From the NCBI RefSeq assembly GCF_036321535.1, contig NC_087437.1:31870001-31934000 (forward strand): 64,000 bases of DNA, given 5' to 3'. The DNA comes from Camelus dromedarius (taxonomy: Eukaryota). Of this stretch, positions 39,721 to 51,584 are shown piece after piece (position 1 is the stretch's first letter; each line of letters opens with the position of its first letter). Made by a program: the position numbers and the translations under genes. Under the pieces are notes generated by a model that saw only the letters and a program-made list of their open reading frames with translations, was not told where the DNA came from and made no database searches.

Positions 39721-39783
39721 TTTAATAATTTATTTAAATAAGATATTTGAAGCAGTTTAGAAAAACAAGATTTGTATTTTATT
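39721..39783 (-). terminator. CCNL1 polyadenylation signals
   Basis: Minus-strand AATAAA at 39783-39778 and 39734-39729 and ATTAAA at 39726-39721, ~450-500 nt after the stop in an AU-rich UTR. Confidence 0.8.
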
Positions 39784-40218
39784 TCCTTGTAAAAATCTTT
39801 ACACATGCAGACAAACCAGTGTTAAGAAAGTATTCACCATCATTTAAACAAATAACCACTTAAATAGAACAGTGTCTGCAATTTTATCTGTATAAAAATA
39901 AGATACATTTTTACAGAATTCACGCTCCAGTTCTTATAGCAATAAACAATACACAACTATAATAATAATTACAATTGGACCTGACCATGGTTTTCAATGT
40001 GATACTGCTAGGGCATTTTATGTGCCAAAAAAAAAAAAAAAAAACCCAGAAAACATAGTTCTTTTCGAAAGAAAATGTCCTCAGTGTTTCTAGAGACCTA
40101 GAGAGGGTTTTAAGAAATCAAATCCTAATCAGTTTGCTTTTAATGTTTTGATTGTGAGTCCGTACATCACGCCACGGACTGGCAGGATCAGCAGCTGATC
40201 CAGGCTCGAGGGAGCACG

Positions 40219-40567
40219 TCAGCGCCTGTGCCTGCTGTGTCCTGAGCGACTGCCACCGTGGTGCTTGCCTTTGTGGGACCTCTCAAAGGAGCGAGACCTT
40301 TCACGCCTGTCCCTGTGATGTCCCCTTTCATGCCTGTGTTTCTTGGCAGCATCTGAGTGATCCCGAGACTTGCTCTGAGATCGAGACCGAGACTTTTTCC
40401 TTTTATGACTGTGTCTATTTGAACTTTTTAAATCCTCTCTGGTGTGCTTGGCTTTCAGGTGAGGAGAACCATGATTATGATGCCTTCTTGGACTTTCACT
40501 GTGACTGCGGGACCTGCTTCTTGATCTCGAGCTGTATGTTCCAGATCGACTCCGCCTATTATTATAA
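40219..40567 (-). CDS. CCNL1: Cyclin L1 exon 11 coding part (HYNNRRSRSGTYSSRSRSRS...GHSRHRR*), RS domain
   Basis: Acceptor TCTTAAG|TTA; TGA at 40221-40219; 349 nt; Arg/Ser/His-rich. Confidence 0.97.
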
Positions 40568-41201
40568 CTTAAGATAATAAAAATTTGAGGTTTAGATTTA
40601 GTTTCTACCGGTAACAGAGTATTTTGGTGGTGCTCATAGGCTCAAAACAAAACTATCGACTGGTATCAATGACAGGCCAAATCTTCCCACCCCTCACTAT
40701 ACCTCCCCTCCAGCCTGTTAACATGTTAGACAAATTTTTAACAATTTACTACATGTCTATATTCCAAAGAGGGGAGAAATTAGTTTTCACTGAGTGTCCT
40801 AGAAAGCTGTTTGTTGCATTATCTCCCCATTTGCACAAAAGGACCACCGAAGAGCCACAAGTAAGTAGCTAGCCATCTAATTATAAAGCTAACTAGTGAA
40901 GATTCTTTGGGTATGGTTGACATTATTGGTTATTAGTAACTGCTGGCCAGGCCCTACACCTCCCCAAAATACATGGATGCTATGTTTAAAAATGTCCAAA
41001 AATAGAATGCCATACACAACCACAAAACAAAAAAGCCACATATACCAGTGTATTTCCAAACTCACTTCTTACAATTTACCTCATACTAAAAGACTAAATC
41101 TAGCCCTAACTTTGGAAACAGTCTATGTGCATTTTTTAAAAAAGCCATAACCTTTAAAGACTCCAAATAAGACTGCTTTCTCCAAGAGAATATTTACTTA
41201 C

Positions 41202-41300
41202 TGTCTTCTTGGAGTATGCGATCTAGAACGTGATCGTGTTCTTGACCTCGATCGACTTGCACTTCTGCTATTTCTACTTCTCTTGCTGTCTTTTCTTACC
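41202..41300 (-). CDS. CCNL1: Cyclin L1 exon 10 (VRKDSKRSRNSRSASRSRSRTRSRSRSHTPRR)
   Basis: Acceptor TTTGAAG|GGT, donor ACA|GTAAGT; 99 nt; start of RS domain. Confidence 0.96.
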
Positions 41301-41403
41301 CTTCAAATAAAATACCATGCAATATTTTAGTTACATACTTAGTGTTAGAAATTAAGCACACGAAAGATTCCTCAGGCCAGGCTTCTAACTCAAGCATACT
41401 CAC

Positions 41404-41515
41404 CCATTATAAGGGCTTTTGGAAGGCTGCTGTCTATCCTCAGGCTCTTTTTTGACTGTCTTCACATTAACGGAGATGGGAGACTTCTCTTCAGCTTTTA
41501 CTTCTCTTGGTGAAG
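41404..41515 (-). CDS. CCNL1: Cyclin L1 exon 9 (SSPREVKAEEKSPISVNVKTVKKEPEDRQQPSKSPYNG)
   Basis: Acceptor TTTTTTAAAAAG|CTT, donor TGG|GTGAGT; 112 nt; keeps frame. Confidence 0.95.
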
Positions 41516-41730
41516 CTTTTTAAAAAACAGTAAGACATGTTAACTATTAGATTTTACAGACGGCCAAATACCATGTTTCAAGTATCAGTCCACAGCTGAC
41601 TGTCATGAGAGAAAACATTAATAGTGTCTTAACATCATCGTTTCTATGCAACTGTTAAATGCTAAATAAAGCTTTCTAGTAACCACACAGCTTTAGGGCC
41701 CAACCCATTTCAATCCTGAATTAATCTTAC

Positions 41731-41872
41731 ATGGTTTAGAGGCTGGAGAAAATCCACCAAGGGTTGAAAGGGCTGGAGTTCCATCAGGATTCAATCCCTT
41801 CGCTTTTAATTTGGCTTCTTGTAAGGCCACTTTTCTCTTCTCTACTTCTTTCTCCAGCAATTCATAGTTTGG
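41731..41872 (-). CDS. CCNL1: Cyclin L1 exon 8 ([47 protein letters not shown])
   Basis: Acceptor CCAATAG|CCA, donor CAT|GTAAGA; 142 nt. Confidence 0.97.
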
Positions 41873-41969
41873 CTATTGGATGAAAATGAAGTTAGTATTT
41901 CTCTTTTACAGTAGTTAAGATTCTTAGCACTGACAAGATATTAACACAAACACTAGAAAACCTTTATAC

Positions 41970-42074
41970 CTTTTTTCTGGTATAAAGCCTAAGTGTTTCT
42001 ATGCAGATTTCCTGGATCTCCTCTTCTGTAGTACCAAAGAGAAGAAACCAATGGGGACGAGTTGGCAATGGAAT
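41970..42074 (-). CDS. CCNL1: Cyclin L1 exon 7 ([35 protein letters not shown])
   Basis: Acceptor GTTTAG|ATT, donor AAG|GTATAA; 105 nt. Confidence 0.97.
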
Positions 42075-42203
42075 CTAAACCATAAAAACAGAATAGTTTA
42101 GATGAGATTTTCACTGTTTTTATTAAGAGAACTGATAATGCTTGTGATTTATCCTCTGGAATATAGGCTATGTATCACGCTCTATACATACATATATGCC
42201 TAC

Positions 42204-42303
42204 CTGAAGAGCTCTAGCTGCAAGGTAGATGCAAGCACACGCTATAGTCTCTGGTTGAAATCGAACAAATACATTGGTTCGAAGACTGTCATTCATATAA
42301 TTC
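42204..42303 (-). CDS. CCNL1: Cyclin L1 exon 6 ([33 protein letters not shown])
   Basis: Acceptor TTTTCAG|GAA, donor CAG|GTAGGC; 100 nt; cyclin box 2. Confidence 0.98.
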
Positions 42304-43744
42304 CTGAAAAATATTTCAACCATAAGCTTTGTATGCAAACAAACCAGTTCTGATGCTTACATAAAATTGGAGACTCAATCTACTTTATTCTTTTTTCTTC
42401 TCATATTTATATCTTCATATTCTAGCATATAACAATTCTTAACTCAGAAATCAGTAAGAGATAAGAATTTAACACCAGAATCATTCCGTCAGCTTTCTTA
42501 TATGACCAAAGTCCTTTAAAATAATTCCGTATTATTCTTCCAAGCAGAACGTAAAGGTTTTTAAAAACATTTCTATGAAAAGCAATGTTCTGAAAGTTCT
42601 GACATGATTAGTTTCAGAAATGATGTACCACTCCCATGATACTTCAAGCCATTAATTATTGACCATCTCTCCTTTATCCATAATGAAAAGCAGTGTCAAT
42701 CAAGTTCTTCAAAAACTCAACACTGTGAGAGGGGTAAAAAGGCATTTTCCAATAAGCAGTCACCAAATTATATTAAGAAAACTAAGCTACTTCAGAAAAC
42801 CTAGGTTGGGAAGTGAAGAGCAATAAACATACAACAGCCTTGTTTACGTACCTTTTTGTGACTAAGTATAAATAAAAGCAGTAACTGTTTCAGTTAATAA
42901 GTTGCTGGACTTGTATTAGTGAATCCTCCCCACAATATCCCTAAAGTATTGAAGAAATTTTACTTGTTTAAAAGGTTAAACTGAAGATAAAAGACTATTT
43001 TTCAAAAGTCCTTACCCATGAAAACTGCTAAAAATCTGTTTTATGGAACATATATAAAGTTTCATGCATTTTATAAAGTAGTCTATATATCTATATATCA
43101 CTAACATTTACTGAGACCCTAAAGCGGCATGGCAGTCCTAAGTCCAGGATGTAAGAATTGTATCACTTCAGTACTGCACATCAACAGTCTATGACAGAAG
43201 CTGTGGCTGGACCACAACTCGTTTTACCTTTAAATAAGTCAGCACTCCAAATCACACATTTGTACCTCCAAAGTCTAAGTTCTAAAGTGCTTATGTTAAT
43301 ATGAACATCTTTTAAAAACAAAGTACTTCTTTCTTCTCAATTAGCGGAGCAGCTATAAATTCATCAAGTATGGGCCTGGCGCCCATTTTAAGCTGCTGTT
43401 TTCTTTGGCAGAATTCATGCTATACATACTAAAAATAGAAATCTAGTCAAACTCCTAACAAAAATCATTTAATTCATAATGGCTGGACAACAAATCTATC
43501 AAAAATGAACTATTCATTTTGATAGTTACAGGTATACATTAAATACACAGGCATGTTGAATAGTTACTTCTAGAAGCAAATATACAAATCCTTTTGACAC
43601 CCCGACAGAACTAGAAGATGCTGCCAGATGGATATGGACCACTTCAGTGAATCTCGGATGAGAGCTTGCACTGGATTGGCTGGAGAGCAGGGCAGCCAAT
43701 CAGGCCATCCTGAGGTCATGGGCTGAAGTGCAGAGGGCAGAGTT

Positions 43745-43769
43745 CTATGACTTACCATCATGGACTACC
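43745..43769 (-). CDS. CCNL1: CCNL1 intron-5 alternative exon coding part (W-VVHDGKS*), 232-aa truncated 'beta'-type isoform
   Basis: Acceptor TTTAATTAAAG|GGTAGTCCATGATGGTAAGTCATAG is in frame with exon 5; peptide matches my recollection of the short human cyclin L1 isoform. Confidence 0.85.
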
Positions 43770-44019
43770 CTTTAATTAAAGAGTAGAAAAAAGAACAAAG
43801 TTAAATTGAGTTCTCCATTAAAAGTAATTAGTCAAGCCAAGAAAACAGGAAGCAGAAATAAGCATTATTTACCTTTTGATTAAAAAACAAACAAACAAAA
43901 AAAAAAACAAAAAGCACCAAAACAAACTCATCTCATTATTTTGGAAAGGGAAAATGAAACTTACTTTATTTCTGCTTCTGTTTTTCTGGCTAGGAAAAAA
44001 ATGTAAAAAAGCAACTTAC

Positions 44020-44084
44020 CAGGCAGTTTGAACCAGGGTTTGATTACGTTCACATTCTAAGACTTGTAAATACATAACAATGAT
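44020..44084 (-). CDS. CCNL1: Cyclin L1 exon 5 (IIVMYLQVLECERNQTLVQTAW)
   Basis: Acceptor CCTTCAG|ATC, donor CTG|GTAAGT; 65 nt. Confidence 0.97.
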
Positions 44085-45149
44085 CTGAAGGACAAGGGAA
44101 AAAAAACTCAATTTAGCATATCAGTGGTTCTTTCAGAGTAGAGTTCAATGAACATAAGTAACTGAAAATGTGAGGTACAAGTTTTAATTCTTCTATAAAC
44201 TGCATAAATAACACAGACCAACCTAAAATGTACCTGAGAGTCAACATAGGTTATTATGCTACTAGATTTTATACAGACACACATGTTCCAAAATTGTGCA
44301 GGGAAAAAAATGGAAGTTAATCATATCAACTGAAAACAGTATCTAATTCTTCATGAGCACCTTATTATGTGACAGGAACTGATTATTTCACTTAATTTCC
44401 CCAGGTACAAAAACCCCAGAGACTGTTAACGTTTTTAAAGTTACAATGGGTATGATACGTATTATGTACAACTCAGTAGGTATTACAATAAGTAATCAAA
44501 CACTAACTATTCTACAGTGAAGCTTATCACTAAACTGAACTCAAATGAGTTTACCTCAGTTCAGTTCTTTCTGGACCTGTATTATCATCATTCTCATTTT
44601 ACAATTTTAGAGATACGTAACCTGAGGAACAGAGATACCCACCAAGATCACACAGCTAATGACAGAAATAAGTTTCTACGTGCAGACAGTCCTGCCCCCA
44701 GAGCACCTGCTCTCATAACCATCGTACTACGGCTTCTGTTTAGCATTTCAAGCCAAGAGACACTGGAGAAACCTATGAACATTCAATAATGCTGAAAGTG
44801 ATCAGCCACCACGCTGAGCATTTCACTATGTGACAGGGTAGCACACTGCCAGGTACTTCTGCAGATACATGTATTATTTATTCCTTGGTTACTATCTAAA
44901 AACCTCCATTTTCTAGGTAGGGTAACTGGCGTACCTCAGAAACAAGAAGAACTTATCTATGCCCACACAATGAAGAGTAAGATTTGAACCCAAGTCTTTC
45001 TGACTCCCATTTTACTGATAAAATTTCAATATCCAAGAAGCTGCTTTATTTTAAAACCAAGGGTTAACTCAAATACAAATTCATGTAAAATAAAATTTTA
45101 AGAAAAACCCTAATACTTACGAATATAATTTCTGTACTCTACAACTCAC

Positions 45150-45270
45150 CTTATGGGGATGCTTGACATGAACACAAAATCCCAACTCCTTTAGCACCCT
45201 CCTCTCTGCCTTGATAACTTGATTTTTGGTGTTAATGTAGTTCTGATCAAGGATCAGGGGGCTTGGAGTC
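45150..45270 (-). CDS. CCNL1: Cyclin L1 exon 4 ([40 protein letters not shown])
   Basis: Acceptor TATAG|GAC, donor AAG|GTGAGT; 121 nt; peptide visible in ORF 45117..45356. Confidence 0.98.
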
Positions 45271-48200
45271 CTATAGTTTGTAAGAAATAAAATCAAAACT
45301 GTTTTGCACATCCAAAAAATTTTATTTGTGGCATCTCCATTTTCCCTTCCAACCAACTATTGGCAACAGAAACCAGCTTTTTAAACTCCTGCAAACAAGT
45401 TAAAAGCATTAATCTTGTGCTGTCCAAGTTATGCTAATTACATATATACTTTCTAGACTAATTCCTATAGAAACTGACTCAACCCTGTAAAGAAAACTCA
45501 CTCTAATGCTTAGATTTATCCTTAATTTTTTTATCCAGATATTATTATGTGATAGATACCTTGATGTATTTTCACAAACCTCATTAGTCTCCAAACTCCA
45601 ATGACAAAACTGATGTGCTCTTGAAAATATTTACTATAAAGACCTCATAAGATTACAGTGATTTTACTCATTTTATAAAATATCAATTCTTGGCTAGTTT
45701 AAGGCCAAAATTAAATTTAAGGGGAAAATGGGTGGGTTGCTAATCCAGATTCCCCTAAATGGGCAATTAGTTTAAACAAATTAATTTCAAGAATCTATCC
45801 CTGTTAGGAAAATAAATAACCTGGAAACTAAAGATTCAGCTCAATTACCAAAGAAATGTTTTAAAATTTTAAAAATCAGATTCAAAACTCAAGTGATCAA
45901 TAAAAACCAGGCCAAAATGTGGTCAGAATTGTAGTTATTAAGGCAGGATCCTACAAACACGAAGAGAAGGTAAGACCAACCATTATGAGGGAAGTGGAGC
46001 ACTGAGTCTCTGTGCCAGACTGAATCTTGACAGCTTCAAGTTATGATGCAGAAGGGTATGTATCACTGGTTCAACGCTTTGGAAATAACGCTTTCAATTA
46101 AAAGCTGTCTTATTTAGGTCTTAAAATTAAAACTAGTTTCTTAATCAGAAGTTAGTCAGGACTTGGACTTTCATTTAAAAGCTTACAAAATGTCCCAACG
46201 TCCTCTGATACATTCTTAGATCCAACCAATAAAAAATATGTTTTTATTAAGACTCTGATTGAATGGTATATAAATGAGCAGAATATTTAAATATTTTCCC
46301 CATACTCAATTCATTTTCAGCCAAAAGATTTAAGAGTTTTTGCTCTGGGCAGAATAAAACATCTAACTTTAAAAGACAGTCATTCTGAATACTGCCCCCA
46401 ACTTACAACTCGTTTTACCATGCACACCAAATCCAGAAAAATATAAGTTCATACTTTAACCAAAAACCTATATATCCACTTGAAGATTAGAAGGGAATCT
46501 GAAATAAACTACATTACCCAGTGGTGATATGCCACCTGAGTAAAAATCAGCTATCATATTTATTATCCTTTCTTTTTTTTAATTTAAAATTGTAAAGACT
46601 GGAATGCTTACTAGAACTATTTCAAACTACTCTATACTACTTGATTTTTACCAAGTTGGATAAGACAAAAGTTAGCACAGCTGACAAGATGGAAAATAAC
46701 TTGTTATTTAAACTAATGAAATGCTAAAAATGGCCTTTACTCAATTCTTTGTACAGCTATGAAAGGTGTAAGACAGGAGCCACCCATTTGAGGAGGGGAC
46801 TGATATCTGACATAATAGAAAACCCACTTTATCAGGACAAACAGGCTACAAGTTCACTGTTCTTTGGAAAAAAATCAAATTTAACTAAAATAGAGCAATT
46901 AATGTACATATGAAAACATTCCAAAGATCTTAAGGTTTATGATTTTTCAGATGATGTAAACAGGCAATTTGGAAAAAGTCAAATCTACTTCAGACTCTTT
47001 AACTGATGAACTAGTTATCTGACAGTCCTCTCATTAGGCATTCATTAGGAGACAGTTTCTCCGGGGTTATAGTTCCACATCACTTCACCTCTTAACCCCA
47101 TGCAACTCAAGACGGTAAACTGCACCATTAGAATCCTTGTATTATTATAAAAGCAGTTTTGTCTCACTTTTTTCCCATTTATGTTTAACAAATTCATTAC
47201 ATCTCTTTCTAAACTTGCTTTATTAAACTTCTATTAAAATTCATTCTCTTACAATCAACCAAGGATTTGTTTGAATTACGGCTGTTATCTGGTCCCAAAT
47301 CAGGTTTAATCATTCATTCTGCTTAAGTGAATTATTTTCCATCTACTCTGCCACAATCTCTGCTTTCCCATTTTTTTGTGTCAAAATCTCAACATTAAAA
47401 CTGATCAAGGAAACCAAATCTATTACAGACTATAATTAAATTACATACATATCCAACTTCTTGCTTAGGCCTACTGTTACCTGCAGTTTTCCAAGTTAAC
47501 TTTGTGGGTGTAAACTCTGATACTTTTATTTTGTTCAGAACTTGTTTTACCTCACAAATGTAAGAAGGCTCAAAAACATGTAATTTTCACTAACTTACAA
47601 AGATTATTTTGTATCAGAAATAAAAAAATGTGCCCCCATACATAATAGAGCAGGAAGAAAAGGTTCAAACTGCCTAAGCAAGTGGCTTCTTTGTATTAAC
47701 AAAGCATCGATTAGTACTCCCACGGCAACAAGCACAGCACACTGAATTAAGGCTTGCTAGAATTTCTTCCTCCAATTAGTTACCTTTCCTTTCCAGTAAA
47801 AGTTGGAAGAGGCAACATTTTAAAATCTTTTTAGAATCTCTAAAAGAAACCACCTGTTCAGAAGAAAAAAACCTTCCAGTATCAAAAAAACACTCAAAAC
47901 TAACTCACTCCACCTCCTCTGCTTTTAAGTTTGTCAGATTTTTTTCAGGTTAATTTATATGAAAAGAACAACTTTCAAGTTTTAGTCTTAATATGAAATT
48001 TGGGGCTTTGGTCATTTGAAGTTTACTGTCTGGTCTCTCAAAATAGCTATTTTTCTTTTAGCACATTCCTTGAAATACAACCAGAGCAACAGATTAAGGA
48101 TGAGGGGATCCGAACGTGGTTTGTCTCACTCACATGGTACAAAGGACCAAGAAAATTTGGAACAAGTTCTTCAAGAGACTATACTTAAACGAGATCAATA

Positions 48201-49126
48201 GTTCATAAAAAGGCCAACTGCTACTCAACATACAGAAACTTGTAACTCCTACTTCAAAGGAACATTCTTTCTTTGGCAGTGTTTAAACAAACTGAAGTCT
48301 ACTTTTCAGAGTCACCAAAACTGCAGAGGAAGGCTGGACTAAATGACAAGATCACTTTAAGATCCTCCCAACTCTTATCTACGATCTAACTTCATGCTGA
48401 AAATACCACACCATATTCACCAATGAGTGGGCTGCACCATTCTTTGAATAGTTGTCTTCTTTTAGACAATCCTTATAGTTTGAAAGTGGGTGCCCTAACA
48501 CTACAGTAAGCCATTCATGGGCTGGGAATATGCTGCATCTAAAAAGCAAATTAAAATTGGAAACTAATGAACCAAAAAAGCTATCTCTTTAAATTCACTC
48601 ATTCTGAGCTTCAAAAAAAAAGTCATTATCAAACTACAAAAAATTGAAAAGAAAAAAAAATCAAATAATCCAGGATAGGGCTTGGGCATTAGTTCTTTCT
48701 AAAAGCTCCTTTGGTGATTGTAACGTGTAGCCAAAATTGAAAAAGTGACATAAAGGCCACAAAAACAATGCTTCTGTTCACATCATGTCACACTATAATT
48801 TAAAGCTATGCATGAACTAAATTAAAATAAATAGCACCATTAAGATAAACTGATATACTTTATGTAACTAAGTGTAATACTGATACTTTCTAACGACACT
48901 GACCTATGCAAAAAAATTACTAAGTTATAGTTCTAATAACTTGGACAGCAAAGACAAACGCTTATAACAAGAAACAGGAGTTTTTCTAAATGGTTCACCA
49001 GTGGCCAACCTGTTAGTCCCCGATTCCAGTGACCTATTCTCAGAGCACTGGCTTCTCCATGGGGATTTTCGATACTTCACTCACTGTTGCCATGACGACA
49101 GCTTCATCGCTATGTACCACTCCACA

Positions 49127-49157
49127 TCACCCAGGCTTTGGTAAATGTAGCTGGTCG
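49127..49157 (-). CDS. CCNL1: CCNL1 intron-3 alternative (poison) exon coding part (SDQLHLPKPG*), 172-aa 'gamma'-type isoform
   Basis: Acceptor TATACAG|CGACCAG; TGA at 49129-49127; candidate donors ACA|GTGAGT (exon end 49085) and TAG|GTCACT (49034). Confidence 0.85.
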
Positions 49158-50904
49158 CTGTATAGTCGGTTGCAAGGGAAAAAAGAGTTGAAGTTAATAA
49201 CATATACAAGCTACCTGTCTGAGTAAACTTGTAATATGCATAGAAACACTTTTACATCCTGCTTTAAAAAAAGGCTTCCATGCAATTAACAACTCCTTTT
49301 AAATTTCATGCTATAATGAGACTTCAAAGACTGAAACAAAATCAATTTCTCTGTAATAATGACAAAAAAAACTGCACTGTTACATCAGACACGACAGTCA
49401 AATCAGGTGAGATGTTTTAAATCCCAAGGTTTTTAATAGTTAAAAGGACCTACTCTGACATCAAGACAGAATACTCTTTTTTAAGTCTCAAAGAAAAATT
49501 TCAAAGTAGATAATCATAAATGATAATAGTTCAATGATTCAAAGAATACTAACAGAAAACTATTTCCTTTAAGCAAACAGAGAATCCTTTGACTAAAAGA
49601 TAAAGAGCCTTTTTATTAGTGTCATTTTGTTTTACGCACTCTGAAGAACCAGCCAGATCCAAATATAAATTTTGGCTTAAACTACACCAAGCTTTAAATT
49701 GAAAGCTTCCCAATTTTCAGGGATTCCTCATCAAGAAACCAAAAGACTCATTTTTGAAATAAAAAATTAGTCTATCCCTGGATATGGTTACAGTGAATAA
49801 GAAAAGATGGCAGAATAAAGAATGTAAGAAAACTGAAAAATGCTGTGAAAACCATCTGGATAGCAATGTTTCAGACTCTAAAGTAGACTAGCTTGTCTCT
49901 GAATGGTTCCACTACTGCCAACTTAAGGAATCAGCAAAAAAAAAAGACCACTCACACAGGACACTAACTTAGTACTAACACCCAACCCCCAAATAAAATC
50001 CTTTTATTAATATCTTCCTTTCAAACGGAGTACAAGTTTCTCTAACATCACAACAGTCCCTTAGAAAGTGAACACAAGAACTAACCTACACCAAGTACAT
50101 CCTCCCACAACATGTACTAGAAGTCATCTGTAGGTGCAGGAAGCACTGCAACTAAAACTTTTCCGTATGGCCTTACAGGAACACACAGATCCACATCAAG
50201 TGTTAGCAGGTACCCACAACACCTATAAGACAACACTCTTTTGGTCTATTTTCTTAAAAGATCAGCTAAATGGGCCTTATCTAAAGGCAACCCAATCAGT
50301 TATTTTTCTAAACCACTCACTGAGACTGTATCTGACCAAAACAAAATACCTGTTTAATCCCTTTTGACTTCAAACTTTACCATCCTTCAGTCCTTTCAGA
50401 TCCAGTATAATGGGATATTTCGTAGTTCAATGTTGAAAAGTATTCTAACAAAAGCCAACCTCAATTGACAAAGAATTAACTGGGACTTTGGGTGAAAAAC
50501 AATCTACACAAAACTTTGCCACAATATTAACTTGAACTGCAGTGTTTAAACTTCCAGCCTTCAGTCTTCCAGAGAGGGGAGGGGAAAAATAACTTACAGA
50601 ATACTCTCACACTTGAGCCCAACGTATTCCCTTTCTTGTTTAATCTTAAACCACAGGACTGGCTTCACAGCACTGTTAGGATTGTCCATAAACGCAACTG
50701 CCTCTACAAACTTTAGATAACTGGTTAATGGTGGTTTTTCAAATTAAAGTATCAGCGTGTTCCTATGTGATTTTTAACACCTAAATTAAAGTCAGTTTTC
50801 CTTTGCATCGGTTTTAACTTGAGAGGAAAGAATGTTTTGATCTGATGATTGGTGCACAGTACAGTAGTATCAAGAGATGCTGTGTTCAATAATGCCAATC
50901 TTAC

Positions 50905-51014
50905 CTTTTTCCTCTTAACTGGCGTAGATGGTGAAATACATTAATCACATCTCTTATTCTTCTAGGCGCTTCTTCGATTTTTGATGCAAGATTAATACAA
51001 GCCATGGCAACAAT
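50905..51014 (-). CDS. CCNL1: Cyclin L1 exon 3 ([36 protein letters not shown])
   Basis: Acceptor TTTTCAG|ATT, donor AAG|GTAAGA; 110 nt; cyclin-box LASKIEE motif. Confidence 0.98.
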
Positions 51015-51509
51015 CTGAAAAGAACCAGGATCCAATAAAAAAAAAAGTTGTTAGATTATGGTACTATATAGTTAGGAAAAGGTGCCCCTCTCAAAGTCTA
51101 ACGAACTTACTCTGATGATAAAACTTTAGAACACAAATGAGACAACTTTTGGTGAAATAAAACTACCACTGACATTTCTAGGCCATAGGCCTACTAGCTA
51201 CACTAGTATGATACTTCATTGTTACTGCTTAATCCCCCTTCATTTTGAATTCAGAGTCAAGCTCCATCTCACAAAAATTTCGCATTTGGCTGAAAATTCT
51301 AATTCTTGATAATAGAACACTAGGGGCCAGGATCCACCCTCTAGCTCTAAAACATTTCAGAAGTCCCTACTTCCCGGTGGGTGAGAGCTGGGTACAAAGG
51401 CCTAAACTAACCACTCCCATTCTGGAAAAGCTGGCTGCTGACACTGCCCCCTCCTTCCAAGCATTTCCGGATGAAGAAATCCCCTTTCACCCGCCCCCGC
51501 TCTGCTTAC

Positions 51510-51584
51510 CTCGAAACTGTGTTTGACGAAAGATTTGGAGTAGAAAAAACGATGAAACAACACCTGCCCCGTTGCCATCGCCAC
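51510..51584 (-). CDS. CCNL1: Cyclin L1 exon 2 (VAMATGQVLFHRFFYSKSFVKHSFE)
   Basis: Acceptor TGTCTGCAG|GTG, donor GAG|GTAAGC; 75 nt; cyclin box 1. Confidence 0.98.

Noticed and set aside
43266..43438. CTAAAAATAG as a MEF2 site, or TTCTATTTTTAG| as an extra cassette exon acceptor
   Set aside because: Such motifs are common in AT-rich introns; no independent support from the sequence
45112..45149. Second donor TTC|GTAAGT 29 nt downstream of the exon 4 donor
   Set aside because: Poor exonic positions; the canonical AAG|GTGAGT is stronger; no evidence of use
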